The notes: a model not told the origin generated them from the letters alone. 63,694 nucleotides of DNA, filler included, from Chrysochromulina tobinii (GCA_001275005.1; 5 parts of 5 records of this genome joined end to end with filler, not necessarily neighbours in it), one strand, 5' to 3'; counted from the whole stretch's first letter, positions 40,331 to 51,546 are shown. Numbers and translations: made by a program.

Positions 40331-43036
40331 ATGCTAAAGCTGGTCGTGGGCTTTGTGCTCAGCCTCGCACTTCTAGCCGCGGGTCAGACTTGCACCAACA
40401 CCTGCAACTATGCATCAGACGGAAATTGCGACGACGGTGGCCCGGGCCGAGAGTTTTCCGACTGCGCCTTCGGAACAGATTGCGAGGATTGTGGCCCCCG
40501 CAACCAAGAGCCTCCGCCGGCACCATCGCCGTTCTGCTCCAATCAGTTGTACAGCGGCTTGTTGTACTCGAACGGCTTTCCCGTGCCGTGCACCTACTTC
40601 ACAACGTCCCCCGCTGCGTGCGCTTCCTATGCCGCCGCGCGGACCAATTGCCAGCTCGCGTGCAGTACATGCCCCCCCGCTTTTGCCCCACCGCTGTCAC
40701 AGCCGCAATTACCCCCCCCGCCGCCGCGATTGCCACCTCCTCCGCGCCTTCCCTCGTGCAACGGCTTGTGCGACGCTGGCCAGTCGTGCGGCATGTGCCT
40801 AAGGCACGTGACGGATTGCTCCCGCATCCGAGCGCCCGTCTTCCTCACTTGCAACCAAAACCTCATGGACGCTGGAGAGTTCTGCGAGGGCGACGGCGAG
40901 TGCGGCACTTTGAACACGCTCAACGGGTGCTCGTACTTGGGCTCGGCAAACAACGACTGGTATGAGCGCATCGACGGCCTGGATCATTTCGGTCGTCAAC
41001 CGGTCGGGTTTTGCGACTTTATTCCGCCCTTGCCGCCGCCCCCCCCCTCACCACCCAAACCGCCCCCACCGCCCCGTGCCCCGCCGTCTCCGTCGCTGCC
41101 GCTCTGCGGGCCGGCGCAATGCGACAACAACTACACATGCGGCATCTGCCTCGTCCGCATCTCCGACTGCGCTACGATGGCCAACTCGATCAGCATGGGG
41201 TCCGTTTCGTTCAGCGAGTGCTCGCCAAATCTCCCGATCGGCTCGTACTGCGAGGGCAACGGCGAGTGCGGCACAGCCAACGACCACAATACGTGCCAGC
41301 ACGGCCAGTACGCGTGGGACGACGACTGGTACCAGCGCGTCGACGGCGTCACCTGCTCCTTCCTCTCCCCGCCCAGCCTCCCGCCGTCACCCCCGCGCCC
41401 CCCGACGACGCCTGAGCCCCCCTCGCGACCGCCTCGGCCCCCCCTGCCGCCCTGGTCGCCCCCGAAGCCCCCGCTTCCCCCCTCGCGCCCGCCACCGCCC
41501 CCGAGGCCGCCCCTATCGCCCCCGTCGCCGCCAAAGGCCCCGGGCTGTGTCGATCAATCAAACAGTGGCTTGTTCTGGACGAATGGCGGAGGTTCCATCC
41601 CGTGCTCCTCAATGTCGATCTGTTCCAATTGTTGTGATTTTCCCCAGGGGCGTTCCAATTGCCCCGTCTCGTGCGACACATGCCCTGCCTCGCTGACCCT
41701 TTCGCCGCGCATGCCGCCACCGCCGCCGCCGCCGCCCTTGCCAGCCTGTGGCGCCCAAGATTGCGATGCGGGCATGGGGTGCGGCATGTGCCTGCGCCTC
41801 CTCACCGCCGCCGAGTGCGCCCAGCGCCTAGCGCCGGGCTCGGCTGTATACACCGCGTGCACCGCCGATGTGGCCATCGGTGCCGTCTGCGAGGGCGAGG
41901 GCGAGTGCGGCACCTTTGAGGATCACAACAATTGCGGAACGATTTCCTCGACGAGTGGAACGACACTTGGAAACGATTGGTACCTTCGCATCGACGGCCT
42001 CGACTGCGCGTTCCGCCCCTCGCCCCCCTCGCCTCCCTCGCCCCCCTCGCCGCCCCGGCCGCCGCCCCAGCCGCCCTACCCTCCGTCGCGGCCACCTGCG
42101 CCGCCCTTGGTACCGGCTATCTGCTTGGAGACGTGCATCTTCCCGAGCGACGGTTTATGCGACGACGGTGGCCCAGGCTCCGAGTACCCGGACTGCGCGT
42201 ACGGCTCCGATTGCACGGACTGCGGCCCGCGCGCCACACGGCCACCGCCGCCCTCGCCACCAGCGCGGCCCCCACGGCCACCGCGTGCACCCCAATGCAG
42301 CAGCGGTCGGCCCCTCGACCTTGTACTTGTGTTCGATCACTCGGGAAGTATGGCGCCCATCCAGGCCCAGGTACTCGAGTTTGCGCGTGACCTCATCCTC
42401 CAATTAGATTTCGGCCCGAACGCGGCGCGCGTGGGGCTCGTCGAGTTTGATGAGACGGCCACCATCTTATCCAACCTGACCCACAATGCCGATGCAGTGC
42501 TCGCGGCCTTGGCCAGCGCCACCCCAGCGGCGGGTTGGACCTCCATTAGCAGCGGCCTCTCGGCAGGGCTGAACGTACTACGGGCGGGCGGTGGCTCGGG
42601 CATGCGCCCCAAGGTGCTCCTTGTTCTCACGGACGGGGAGCAGAGCCAGCAGTTTGGCGGTGCAGCTCTGGCCATCGCACATGCAGCAGAGGTCCGTGCC
42701 GCGGGTGTCGAGATCTTTGGCGTCGGCTTTGGGGATGCTGACCCAGCAACGATTGCGGCCATCTCCTCCGCCCCTGCCTCGCTTTACGCCTACACTGGGA
42801 TCGACATGGCCGCGATCCGCGACCATTTTCGCGGGCGCTTCTGCTCGTTATTTTTCTCGCCACGTGCGCCGCCGCCTCCTCCACCTTCGCCGCCCTCGGT
42901 ACCTGCTATCTGCTTGGAGACATGCACCTGGGCCTCTGACGCCGCGTGTGACGACGGCGGCCCCGGCTCCGAGTACCCGGAGTGCGCGTACGGCTCCGAT
43001 TGCACGGACTGCGGCCCGCGCCCCCCGCGATCCCCG
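40331..43036 (+). CDS. Secreted/surface Cys-rich, Pro-linker multimodule protein with vWA domain; 3'-truncated by the gap
   Basis: Signal peptide MLKLVVGFVLSLALLAAG. 3x CDDGGPG modules, 3x CEG(D/N/E)GECGT...DWY modules and 2x ShKT-like modules. vWA with MIDAS DHSGS...T...TDG. Confidence 0.88.
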
Positions 43037-43136
43037 NNNNNNNNNNNNNNNNNNNNNNNNNNNNNNNNNNNNNNNNNNNNTTAATTAATTAANNNNNNNN
43101 NNNNNNNNNNNNNNNNNNNNNNNNNNNNNNNNNNNN
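43037..43136. other. Artificial contig linker
   Basis: N44-TTAATTAATTAA-N44. Confidence 0.97.
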
Positions 43137-43768
43137 CGGGTGGGCGCCGCTGAGGTGGGCGCCGCCGCCGCGACTGCCGTCAGCGGACGAGAGGATGCAG
43201 CCGAAGGCACAGCCGAAGACGCAGCGGTGAACCCAGAGGATGCAGTCGAAGGCGCAGTTGCTACTGACGGTGAGGAGAAGGATGGCGCCGGCGGCGGTGT
43301 GGCGAGCGCTGCTCCGTCCGCGCGCGTTGGTGCGGCACCAAGCTCCGTCGACGGCGAGTCACTCTGTGAGGTGCGCAGGAGAGCCGGCGAGCCAGCGTGC
43401 GGACCAAAGAAGACGGAAGGGCGGGATGTCCGCGCGAGCGTTGCTGCAGGCGTCGGGTACACTGGTGGTGGTAGCGATGGCAGCACCGGTAGCACCGGAG
43501 CTCGTGCTTCGACCGGTGCCGGAGGTGGAATCGATCGCGGTGGAGAGCGTGTTGGTGCGCGAGGCGGTAGTGGCGCCGGCTCGTAAGAGACAGGCTCAGC
43601 TCCGAGGTACTTGGACAGGCGCTCGCCAGAGTTGAGCCACGCGAAGAAGGGCGCTCCGTTGTCAGTGTTGCGCATTCGGCGCACGACGCTGCTGGGCGGC
43701 GGCGGGGTGCGGGGGACGAGGACGCGGGGACCAGTGTTTTGCATGGGCGAGGGCTGTGAAGTTTGCAT
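43137..43768 (-). CDS. 5' part of a Pro/Ser/Ala-rich hypothetical protein, truncated by the gap
   Basis: Open frame from MQTSQPSP (43768) to the gap; divergent from the sulfotransferase. Confidence 0.45.
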
Positions 43769-43945
43769 GCGTTTCTTCCAAGCCGAGGGACACGGACTTT
43801 TCACACAAGATCCAAGATGTATTGTGCAGGCGGAATCATGGGTCGCGGCGCCCCTTCTTAAGTGAAAAGCGGACGGCATGCATTCGTGACTGGGTTCCAA
43901 ATGTGGATCAGTGAAAAGTTCCAAAGAAGGCTTCGTCCGAAAAAA

Positions 43946-45682
43946 ATGATCTCTCTCGTCACTTCGCTGCTGTTGGGTGCCCCTGTGGACAACGTGATCA
44001 AGACCATGGACACCGGCGTGATCGATCTCCACGGCGCGAGCAAAGCGCAGGTGCTCGTCATCGTCGCCGACCACGGAAGTGGCACGTCGACCTTCGGGGA
44101 GGCGCTCAACAAGCACCCGTGCCTGTTCGATGTCGGAGAGCCGTTTGGCGACAGCTACCTGGTATGGACGTCCAGCAAGATCCCCGAGTGCCATGGCACC
44201 ACGCCAGAGGCGACATTCGACGCGGATTCTCACCATCTGCTGCACGAGTCGAACGCCAAGCTGTCGACGCACCTCGCAAACGTGGTGAAGCACCTCGGCG
44301 TGAGCCACATCGACTCGGGCGAGCTCTACCGTGGCCTGCACTACGACCTGTCCGAATTCTTCGTCCGCATCCGCGATCTCGTCTGCAAGGATGTGCCCGC
44401 CGACGTCTGCCCCGCCGCGGACTGCGCCATCGCACTCAAGATGTTCCCACAGGTGGGTGGGCCCTTTGATGACGCCCGATGACGCCTGGAGACGCCTGTG
44501 GAGACGCTCTGGTGAGCCCTGGTGACCCTAATGATGACCCCTTATGACCCCTGACGGGCGAGTCGATGCTCCCGCGCAGTTCGTCGACGCCCACACGGCC
44601 GGCGTGCGAGTCAAGGCGGACCTCGCCGGGAACCCCTGCCACGACGCGATGAACAAGAAGGCGATGGTCGCGTGGAAGGAAGCGCTCGAGTCCTTCAAAC
44701 ATAACTCCAAGGTGATTGCCACTGATTGCCACTGATTGCCACCGATTGCCACTGATTGAAGGACGCGCTCGAGTCCTTCAAACATAACTCCAACCAATTT
44801 GGCCACGAACGTGCTCGAGATGCGCCCCTGCCTTGCATGCACACGCTCACCACGGCGCGCCTTCCTTCTTCCCCACAGGTGGCCACGATCGCGCTCGAGC
44901 GTGATGAAACGTCGAGGCAGTTTTCGCAGTTCCACCGGTTCGAGCCGACCGGATCGCTCTTCGACTGCAGCCTGCCACGCCACCCGTTTGACTTCAGGTG
45001 AGTTGCCACTCATGAGCGCCTCTAATTGCCTCTGATGGCCTCTGATTGCCTCTAATTGCCTCTGATGACCCCTGATGACCTCTAATTGCCTCTGATGACC
45101 CCTGATGACCTCTAATTGCCTCGGATGACCTCTGATGACCTCTAATTGCCTCGGATGACCTCTGATGGCTTCTTAATGCCTCTCAATGCCTGTGCCGCGC
45201 CACCCGTTTGTTTGACTTCAGCACGGTGGCGAAGCAAATGTCCGACGACACGATCGAGGTCGAGAGCTGCTGGACGGGAGAGGCCGGCGCGAGAAAGTGC
45301 CTTGACCAAGCTCTGCACCTGGTGGGCCTGAATGACGGGCCGCTCGGCGACCAGGGCGTCGAGATCATGGTGGGGGAGAAGCAGAAGATCGCAAAGGAGC
45401 ACAAGGTGATTGCCTCGGATTGCGTCTGACTGCCTCGGAGTGCCTATGATTACCTCTGGTTGCCTCTGAAGCAAAAGATCGCAAAGGAGCACGAGGTCGC
45501 TCACCACGGCGCGCGACCTAAGAGCTGCTCGAGGTGCGCCTCTGCCTTGCATGCACACGCTCACCACGGCGCGCATCCCTTCTTCCCCACAGCTGGCGAC
45601 CAAGAGCTGCTCGACGGACCACACGGCCATCTTCAAGCGGCTGGCCGATGAGAACGTCGAGATCGTGGGCCACGGCATCTAG
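43946..45682 (+). CDS. Sulfotransferase-like protein, 343 aa; join(43946..44452,44580..44711,44879..44997,45222..45405,45593..45682)
   Basis: Signal anchor. 5'-PSB-like VIVADHGSGTSTFGEALNKHP...EPF motif; LKMFPQ; IALER. Four GT-AG introns keep the frame open to TAG at 45680-45682. Confidence 0.75.
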
Positions 45683-46458
45683 GGACCAGAAGAGAGTGAC
45701 CATGAAAGACCGTAATGAAGAGAGACCGCGTGATCAAAGCGACTGTCGCCATAAAGGCGCCATTCCTGCGCGCTGAACTCGCCGTCACAGCGAGCGGCGG
45801 TCTGACCAAGCCGAGCTGGCCCAGTCGGAGCGCCGTTGTGAGCTCTTCCACGCACAAACGCCGAGCTGGGCGAGCGATGCAGGGAGGCCGTGATCATGAA
45901 TAGGATTCCTACCCGCGGTCACAGCGGGCGGGCAGAACACAAGGCAGAATAGAGCGACTCTGTGCATACATCTTCATTCACGAAAATGAAGTTGAACTTG
46001 CCCAGAACTGGTCGTGAGTGGGCAGCTGTGGGGAAATGGTCTGACCTCATGGCGTTTCTGTATGTCGGTACAGGTCCGTGCTCGTAGAGGCGCGGGCGAT
46101 GACTCGATGGTGTTTTTGAACCTGTGAACAGCGGTGCGTACGTCGTCGCATACACGCGTGCTGCTTTTTGATCCCGTGTGTTGGCAGGTGCGTACGTATG
46201 TTTACCACACAAGGCCAGACCCATTCGTACCACCAGGGTTGCTGATCTAACGTGGTGGAGCTGTGGACAAGGAGGTTGAGCAGTCATGGCGCGACGCAAA
46301 CCTGCGAATGCTCCTGGGGGGCATGACTGCGTCGCCATCTTACTGACAGTTCTCAGACGCCCAATGTGACCTCCTGCAATTGCATGCTTTCGGAGAGTTG
46401 ATGACGTGTTGCTTGGGCCCTAACTCGCGGTACTAGGATTGAACAGAGGGGCTGCAGA

Positions 46459-48906
46459 ATGTCGCTCATCAACCTCATCTTCGGGACCTGCTGCCCAGGC
46501 CCGTGGCCTGAGCCTGGGGCTATGGTTAATTGTGCGTTCGGGGCCGACTCGGGACGATGCCCGATGGCCCAATGTCCCGTCGCCTGCGGCACGTGTGAGC
46601 TCTGTGCCGGAGTCCACTCAGACGACGTGTTCTCAAAGTACACGCGGCTTTGGAAGCGGATGATGAAGCCTCCGTACGCGGCGTCGAGGCCCTTCACCGC
46701 CGATCCTGGCAGCAATCAAACCTCCGCCGGTCCCACGGCGGGTGCAAGGCGGCGGCGTCAGAGAGTGGAGCACAACCATTCCAGTGGCAACACCGCCATC
46801 AAGGAGAAGATCCCGACTCCGGCGGACGACAATCACACGCGTACGGGCCGCAAGCCGCTCATGCACAACAACCAAGTCTGCTGGAAGGCGTGCTCGAAGC
46901 AGGGCGAATGCAGCTGGTGCGGCACGCAGGGCGCCTGCTGCCGCCGTGGCTTTAAGGAGTCACCTGCCGAGTGTGGCTCGGGCAGATTGGGCTGCCCGTT
47001 ATTGCATTGCTGCACACGGGCGCACATATCCTCATCGCTGTCCCAAGGATCAGGCCCGGATATCATCGCGGCGGCCGCTGCAGCCGATCACACGCGCCCC
47101 CAGCAGGCTCCTCTCTTTTCACAGCAGGCTCCTGTCAACACGTCCACTGGGCTGGACGAAGTCGAGCCAGAGTGCAAGCGGCCTAAGGGCGTCCTCCTGT
47201 CGCAGCCTATGGGCGAAGCCTTCGACCTGAGCGCCACCGTCGGTGACTCTGCTGGGCCACTCGGCGACCCATGTGCGTACAAGTCGGATCTCTACCGGGG
47301 GCGTACGAACCTCATCCCCTTTGATGACCTCGTTGGCTCTGCAGCCGACCCGAGCACCCTCTTCACGTGCAGCCGCCAGTTCCCCCCGCTCGACGCACCC
47401 GCGCGCTATTCGCACTTTACGCGCAACAAGCTCACAAGAGCACTGCCGCCGACCTCGCCCTCGACACCCAATCGGACCAATACGGCGGCGACTGTCCTCT
47501 CTTGGCAACCTGCTGGCGTCGAGTTCGCGCCCTTGGGACTGGCCGACGTCGCCATCGGCATGCCCGTCTCGGGCAAGTGGCTCACGGCCGATGCAGACCA
47601 CGCGTCGTCCACGCTCGAGGCGGCGCTCGAGGCGGCAGCCACGGCGTGCGCCCACGGCAGCGTGCTCGCATGCGCACGGCACACGTGGATGGCATCCACA
47701 GGCGATGCACTTGACGTGCTACTGCTGGCCGATTGCCTGCCTCTGTGTCCAGACGGCTCTGCCGCGGCGGGCTGCAAGCTCAACACGAACTCGCACGAGC
47801 TGGACAGCGCCTTCGCCTTTCCGACGGCCCCTTGGACACAGCCACATGCGTCTCTCGCCAAGCTTGAGATACGATGCTCATGGATCCCATATCGAGGGCT
47901 GGTAGTACGCAGCTGGAAGAAGACCGAGCTGCTGTTCCGTTCGCTCCTCGCTCGCTTCCCGCGCAAGGCGTACTACGTCAAGATGGACGCCGATGCCGTG
48001 CTCCGTCCGAAGAATCTGCTCCACTTTCTGCGCTTCTTGCATAGGCAGATCGACCCTGGCTCGCCTGTCTACTTTGGCTCCGCCTTCGGCACGTACAACT
48101 GCACCGACGACCCGTCGGACAACTGCCGCTCATTCACTTTTAACAAGGGCGAGCCGTCACGGACCGACCGGTGGGGCAAGGCCAAGAAGAGGGGCAAGCG
48201 GCTGCGCGAGAGCCCAGAATGGCTCGCGCTCGAAAAGGAGCTCCTCATTCTCAACCTCGGTGAGGAGCGCTGGCGTGCCCAACAGTTGGTCGAGAATCGG
48301 ACGGCGATCATGTACGCCCTGGGGGGCGTGTATGGCATGTCGCGCCCGGCCGCGGAGCGTTTGATCCGCTCCAAGTGCCAGAGGAAGCTCGCGGACATTC
48401 GATGCCGTGGATGCGCACGCAGCATGCACACCCACGAGGATGCTAATCTGGGGCTGTGCATGCGTCTCAACCAGGCGCAGCTCGTCACGTGCGCGTGCTT
48501 CCACTTGATGACCCCGACCATCTTTGGGATTGGCACTAGCTTTCAAAAGTGGTCGGACGCCTCACACAATATGTCTGCGCTCCTCGGCGAGCTGCGCGAG
48601 GGCACGATGAGGAGAGAGCCGCTGTGGTCGCATCTGCAGCACACGCGTCAGCTGCTTGCCAAGGTCATGGGAGCCTTCAACGACGATAGCGCGGCGTCCA
48701 TGCATCGGCCCGCTCTGTGCCTGCTGCCGATCGCGCTGCACCCGATCAAGCACGCGGACGAGTATGAGCCCATGTACCGAGCCCTCGAGGTGCGCGACAT
48801 GTTCTATGAGCCTCTGCTACAAGCATGGCGGCGCGACGCGGCGCACGCCGCGCGAGCGGAGGCGGGTCGCGCCAAGGTGTGGGCTCGTTCGTCGGGACGC
48901 ACTTGA
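46459..48906 (+). CDS. GT31/Fringe-like beta-1,3-glycosyltransferase with N-terminal Cys-rich (ShKT-like) modules
   Basis: YYVKMDADAVL (DxD), YFGS, YALGGVYGMSR, HEDANLGLC, LHPIK. N-terminal CPVACGTC and CWKAC...CSWCG...CCRRG modules. Confidence 0.8.
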   Translation: MSLINLIFGTCCPGPWPEPGAMVNCAFGADSGRCPMAQCPVACGTCELCAGVHSDDVFSKYTRLWKRMMKPPYAASRPFTADPGSNQTSAGPTAGARRRRQRVEHNHSSGNTAIKEKIPTPADDNHTRTGRKPLMHNNQVCWKACSKQGECSWCGTQGACCRRGFKESPAECGSGRLGCPLLHCCTRAHISSSLSQGSGPDIIAAAAAADHTRPQQAPLFSQQAPVNTSTGLDEVEPECKRPKGVLLSQPMGEAFDLSATVGDSAGPLGDPCAYKSDLYRGRTNLIPFDDLVGSAADPSTLFTCSRQFPPLDAPARYSHFTRNKLTRALPPTSPSTPNRTNTAATVLSWQPAGVEFAPLGLADVAIGMPVSGKWLTADADHASSTLEAALEAAATACAHGSVLACARHTWMASTGDALDVLLLADCLPLCPDGSAAAGCKLNTNSHELDSAFAFPTAPWTQPHASLAKLEIRCSWIPYRGLVVRSWKKTELLFRSLLARFPRKAYYVKMDADAVLRPKNLLHFLRFLHRQIDPGSPVYFGSAFGTYNCTDDPSDNCRSFTFNKGEPSRTDRWGKAKKRGKRLRESPEWLALEKELLILNLGEERWRAQQLVENRTAIMYALGGVYGMSRPAAERLIRSKCQRKLADIRCRGCARSMHTHEDANLGLCMRLNQAQLVTCACFHLMTPTIFGIGTSFQKWSDASHNMSALLGELREGTMRREPLWSHLQHTRQLLAKVMGAFNDDSAASMHRPALCLLPIALHPIKHADEYEPMYRALEVRDMFYEPLLQAWRRDAAHAARAEAGRAKVWARSSGRT

Positions 48907-48991
48907 TGGCATTCACATTCACATTCACATTCACATTCACATTCACACTCACACTGGGCTCGTTCGTCGGGACGGCGGGCGACGAGGGCAT

Positions 48992-49322
48992 AGATCGTGG
49001 GCCACGGCATCTAGGGACCAGTGAAGAGAGTGACCATGAAAGACCGTAATGAAGAGAGACCGCGTGATCAAGCGACTGTCGCCATAAAGGCGCCATACCT
49101 GCGCGCTCAACTCGCCGCCACAGCGAGCGGCGGTCGAACCGAGCTGGCCCAGTCGGAGCGCCGTTGTGAGCTCTTCCACGCACAAGCGCCGAGCTGAGCG
49201 CCGAGCTGGCCCGGTCGGCGAGCGATGCAGGGAGGCCGTGATCATGACTTAGGACTCCTACCCGCGGTCACAGCGGGCGGGCAGAACACAAGGATAGAGT
49301 AGTCAGAGCGACTCTGTGCATA
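48992..49322. repeat. ~320-bp duplicate of 45660..45968 (sulfotransferase last codons + 3' UTR)
   Basis: Both copies run from agatcgtgggccacggcatctagggacca to agagcgactctgtgcata. Confidence 0.92.
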
Positions 49323-49560
49323 GATTTGAGTGCGGCTGTGCGGCTTTGTCGCCTGTCGTCTGTGGAGGCGCGGAGGGCGGTGTGCGGGCCCAAGAAACCG
49401 ATGTCCATGATGGGTGAGAATTTCATGAGGATTTGGGTAGGGTATGATCTGACTTGACTTGACTTGATCTCTCGCTGGGCGTTCAGGTTTGGTTTCGCAT
49501 GAAAATACTTCAGAACCGAATTGCCGAAATTCGATTGCATTCCAGATTCCCTCGAATCCA

Positions 49561-51039
49561 ATGCACGGCGGGCACTTCCTGCTGCAAGTCCTGCTCGTCG
49601 GAATGGCCCTCTTCCTCTTCGATACCTTCTCCATGTTTGCGACGGGCGCCGCCTCGTCGGTCAAGGTCGAGCGTCATGTGGCGCCGGAGCCCTTGGCGGA
49701 CACCTCCGCCTCGCCGAGCCCTAATGCGTCGACGATCGTGGGCACGGAGCTCACCCACAGCCTCGACGACGGACCCGCGTTCCTCGCCTGCATCTCGGCC
49801 GCCGACTTGCCTCTGGCGGACCGCCTCACGGCGTGCATCATCGACGACGGCTCGTGCCCGAACACGATGTCGTGCCCGTACCTGTCCACCGCGGTCGGCG
49901 GCACTGGCCTCTGCCGCATCCCGGCTGGCAACTCCACCATCGACCCGTGCGCCTTCTGCCGCGGTGCCGCGGGCCCGCGCGCTGGGCGCAACTCGATGAC
50001 GGCCGACGACGGGCTGCGCAAGGGCGCGCGCCAGGTCTTTGAGGTCGCGCTCGAGGAACCCTTTTTCGAGGGCAAGCTCCGGGACGCCGACGTCAAGTAC
50101 GAGTACTCGTTCCCGTACGGCCAGACGAATGTGAACGCGGACGCGGCGGGCGACCCCGTCGAGGAAGCGGCGAAAAGGGGCGGGGTGCCTATGCGGTGGG
50201 TGGAGCGCTTCGACGGCGCACTCGTGCTGCTTGGGCTCGGGTTGCTCGGGTTCATCTTGGTTGCAGGTTACTCGGAGCAGGATCGGTGCAGACCAAACAA
50301 GCGCTCCGCGAGTTGGTCGAAAACCAATCGCTCCTACCGTAACAAGTGGTTCGAACTGGCCTTGCTCGCGCTCTTGGTCCCGCGCGTCGCCGACGCACAG
50401 AGCGCCTACTTTACCGTCACCTCCGGCCTTTGCACCGTCGATCCGAGCGCCCCGAACTGCATTCGCTCGCCCAACTTTCCGTCGAATTACCTTCCGGCGA
50501 ATGTAGTGGGGCAGGCGTGCTCCATCACGCCCACCGCGCTCGCCACTGGAAGGCCCCTGACAGCAACCTCCTTTCGGACAACGGTTTATACGAATGGCGC
50601 AGACTCTCTCCGTATACCTAGCCAGCCGTCGGGGACGTTGACGGCCTTCTCAGGAACAACCGGGCCTTCCAGTTTTGTGTTGGGCCCGGGGACGATCGAA
50701 TGGGCTGCAGTCGGCAGCTTCCTCAACACCGGCTGGCGAGTGTGCTCGTATCCGCTACCGCCGCCGTCGCCGCCGCCGAAGCCGCCGCCGAAGCCGCCGC
50801 CGTCGCCGCCGCCGCCGTCGCCGCCGCCGTCGCCGCCGCCATCGTATCAGCACTCGTACAATTACTGGTACGCAACGGCAGACGCAGTGGCCATCCTCAC
50901 ATTCACTGGCTTACTCGCATACGCCGTAGTCAAGAACTTCCATCACTGCAAGAAGAAGCCATCGGTGCCTGCCGCCCCGGCGGGTGTGATCATGGTCACA
51001 CTGCCGCCGGCGACGGCCGAGACACGCGAGTCCGTCTAA
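49561..51039 (+). CDS. Membrane protein with CUB-like domain, poly-Pro stalk and C-terminal TM
   Basis: CIRSPNFPSNY...ACSI...GWRVC (CUB-like), PPPSPPPKPPP stalk, TM AVAILTFTGLLAYAVV, and additional hydrophobic segments upstream. Confidence 0.7.
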   Translation: MHGGHFLLQVLLVGMALFLFDTFSMFATGAASSVKVERHVAPEPLADTSASPSPNASTIVGTELTHSLDDGPAFLACISAADLPLADRLTACIIDDGSCPNTMSCPYLSTAVGGTGLCRIPAGNSTIDPCAFCRGAAGPRAGRNSMTADDGLRKGARQVFEVALEEPFFEGKLRDADVKYEYSFPYGQTNVNADAAGDPVEEAAKRGGVPMRWVERFDGALVLLGLGLLGFILVAGYSEQDRCRPNKRSASWSKTNRSYRNKWFELALLALLVPRVADAQSAYFTVTSGLCTVDPSAPNCIRSPNFPSNYLPANVVGQACSITPTALATGRPLTATSFRTTVYTNGADSLRIPSQPSGTLTAFSGTTGPSSFVLGPGTIEWAAVGSFLNTGWRVCSYPLPPPSPPPKPPPKPPPSPPPPSPPPSPPPSYQHSYNYWYATADAVAILTFTGLLAYAVVKNFHHCKKKPSVPAAPAGVIMVTLPPATAETRESV

Positions 51040-51546
51040 GTAAGATACGCTGCTATCATTGCAGATGTCCTCCGTCTGCTGACGATGCATGGCCGTACTA
51101 GTCCGAATTGAGGCACAGCAAGTTCGAGCAGCTCGTCTCGGCGGGAGGGGCCGGGACTCGGCCAGCCTGCGTGAACGATTACGGGTCAGGCGCGCGGTCC
51201 CAGAAGCATACCGCGACGGTAGTAGACCGTCCCGCTTGAACAAAGCTTGAACACAAGTTAATCATTCATTATGAATACCCACACGTTAATAATTCACACA
51301 AATAATTCACACCGTGGGTCAACACGCGGCAAGCATTCGGAGGGGTGAAGATTCTGAGCTTTCAGGCGCGCGGCGGCTATAGGCGACATCGGCGGACCGG
51401 CCGAACGACACGGCACTGATCGCGCGGCGCTTCGAAATTGGCAGCACAAGGGCTCCGCCCGAGGCTTCTGCGCCGTGACGAGCGCAAAGGAGGCCTACGC
51501 CTCGTGCACCACCGCAGAGATTCGCGAGATCTCGTGCTTCGCGAGA

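Noticed and set aside
48910..48954. (ATTCAC)n as telomeric repeat
   Set aside because: It is internal, short and not TTAGGG-like; treated as insertion filler.
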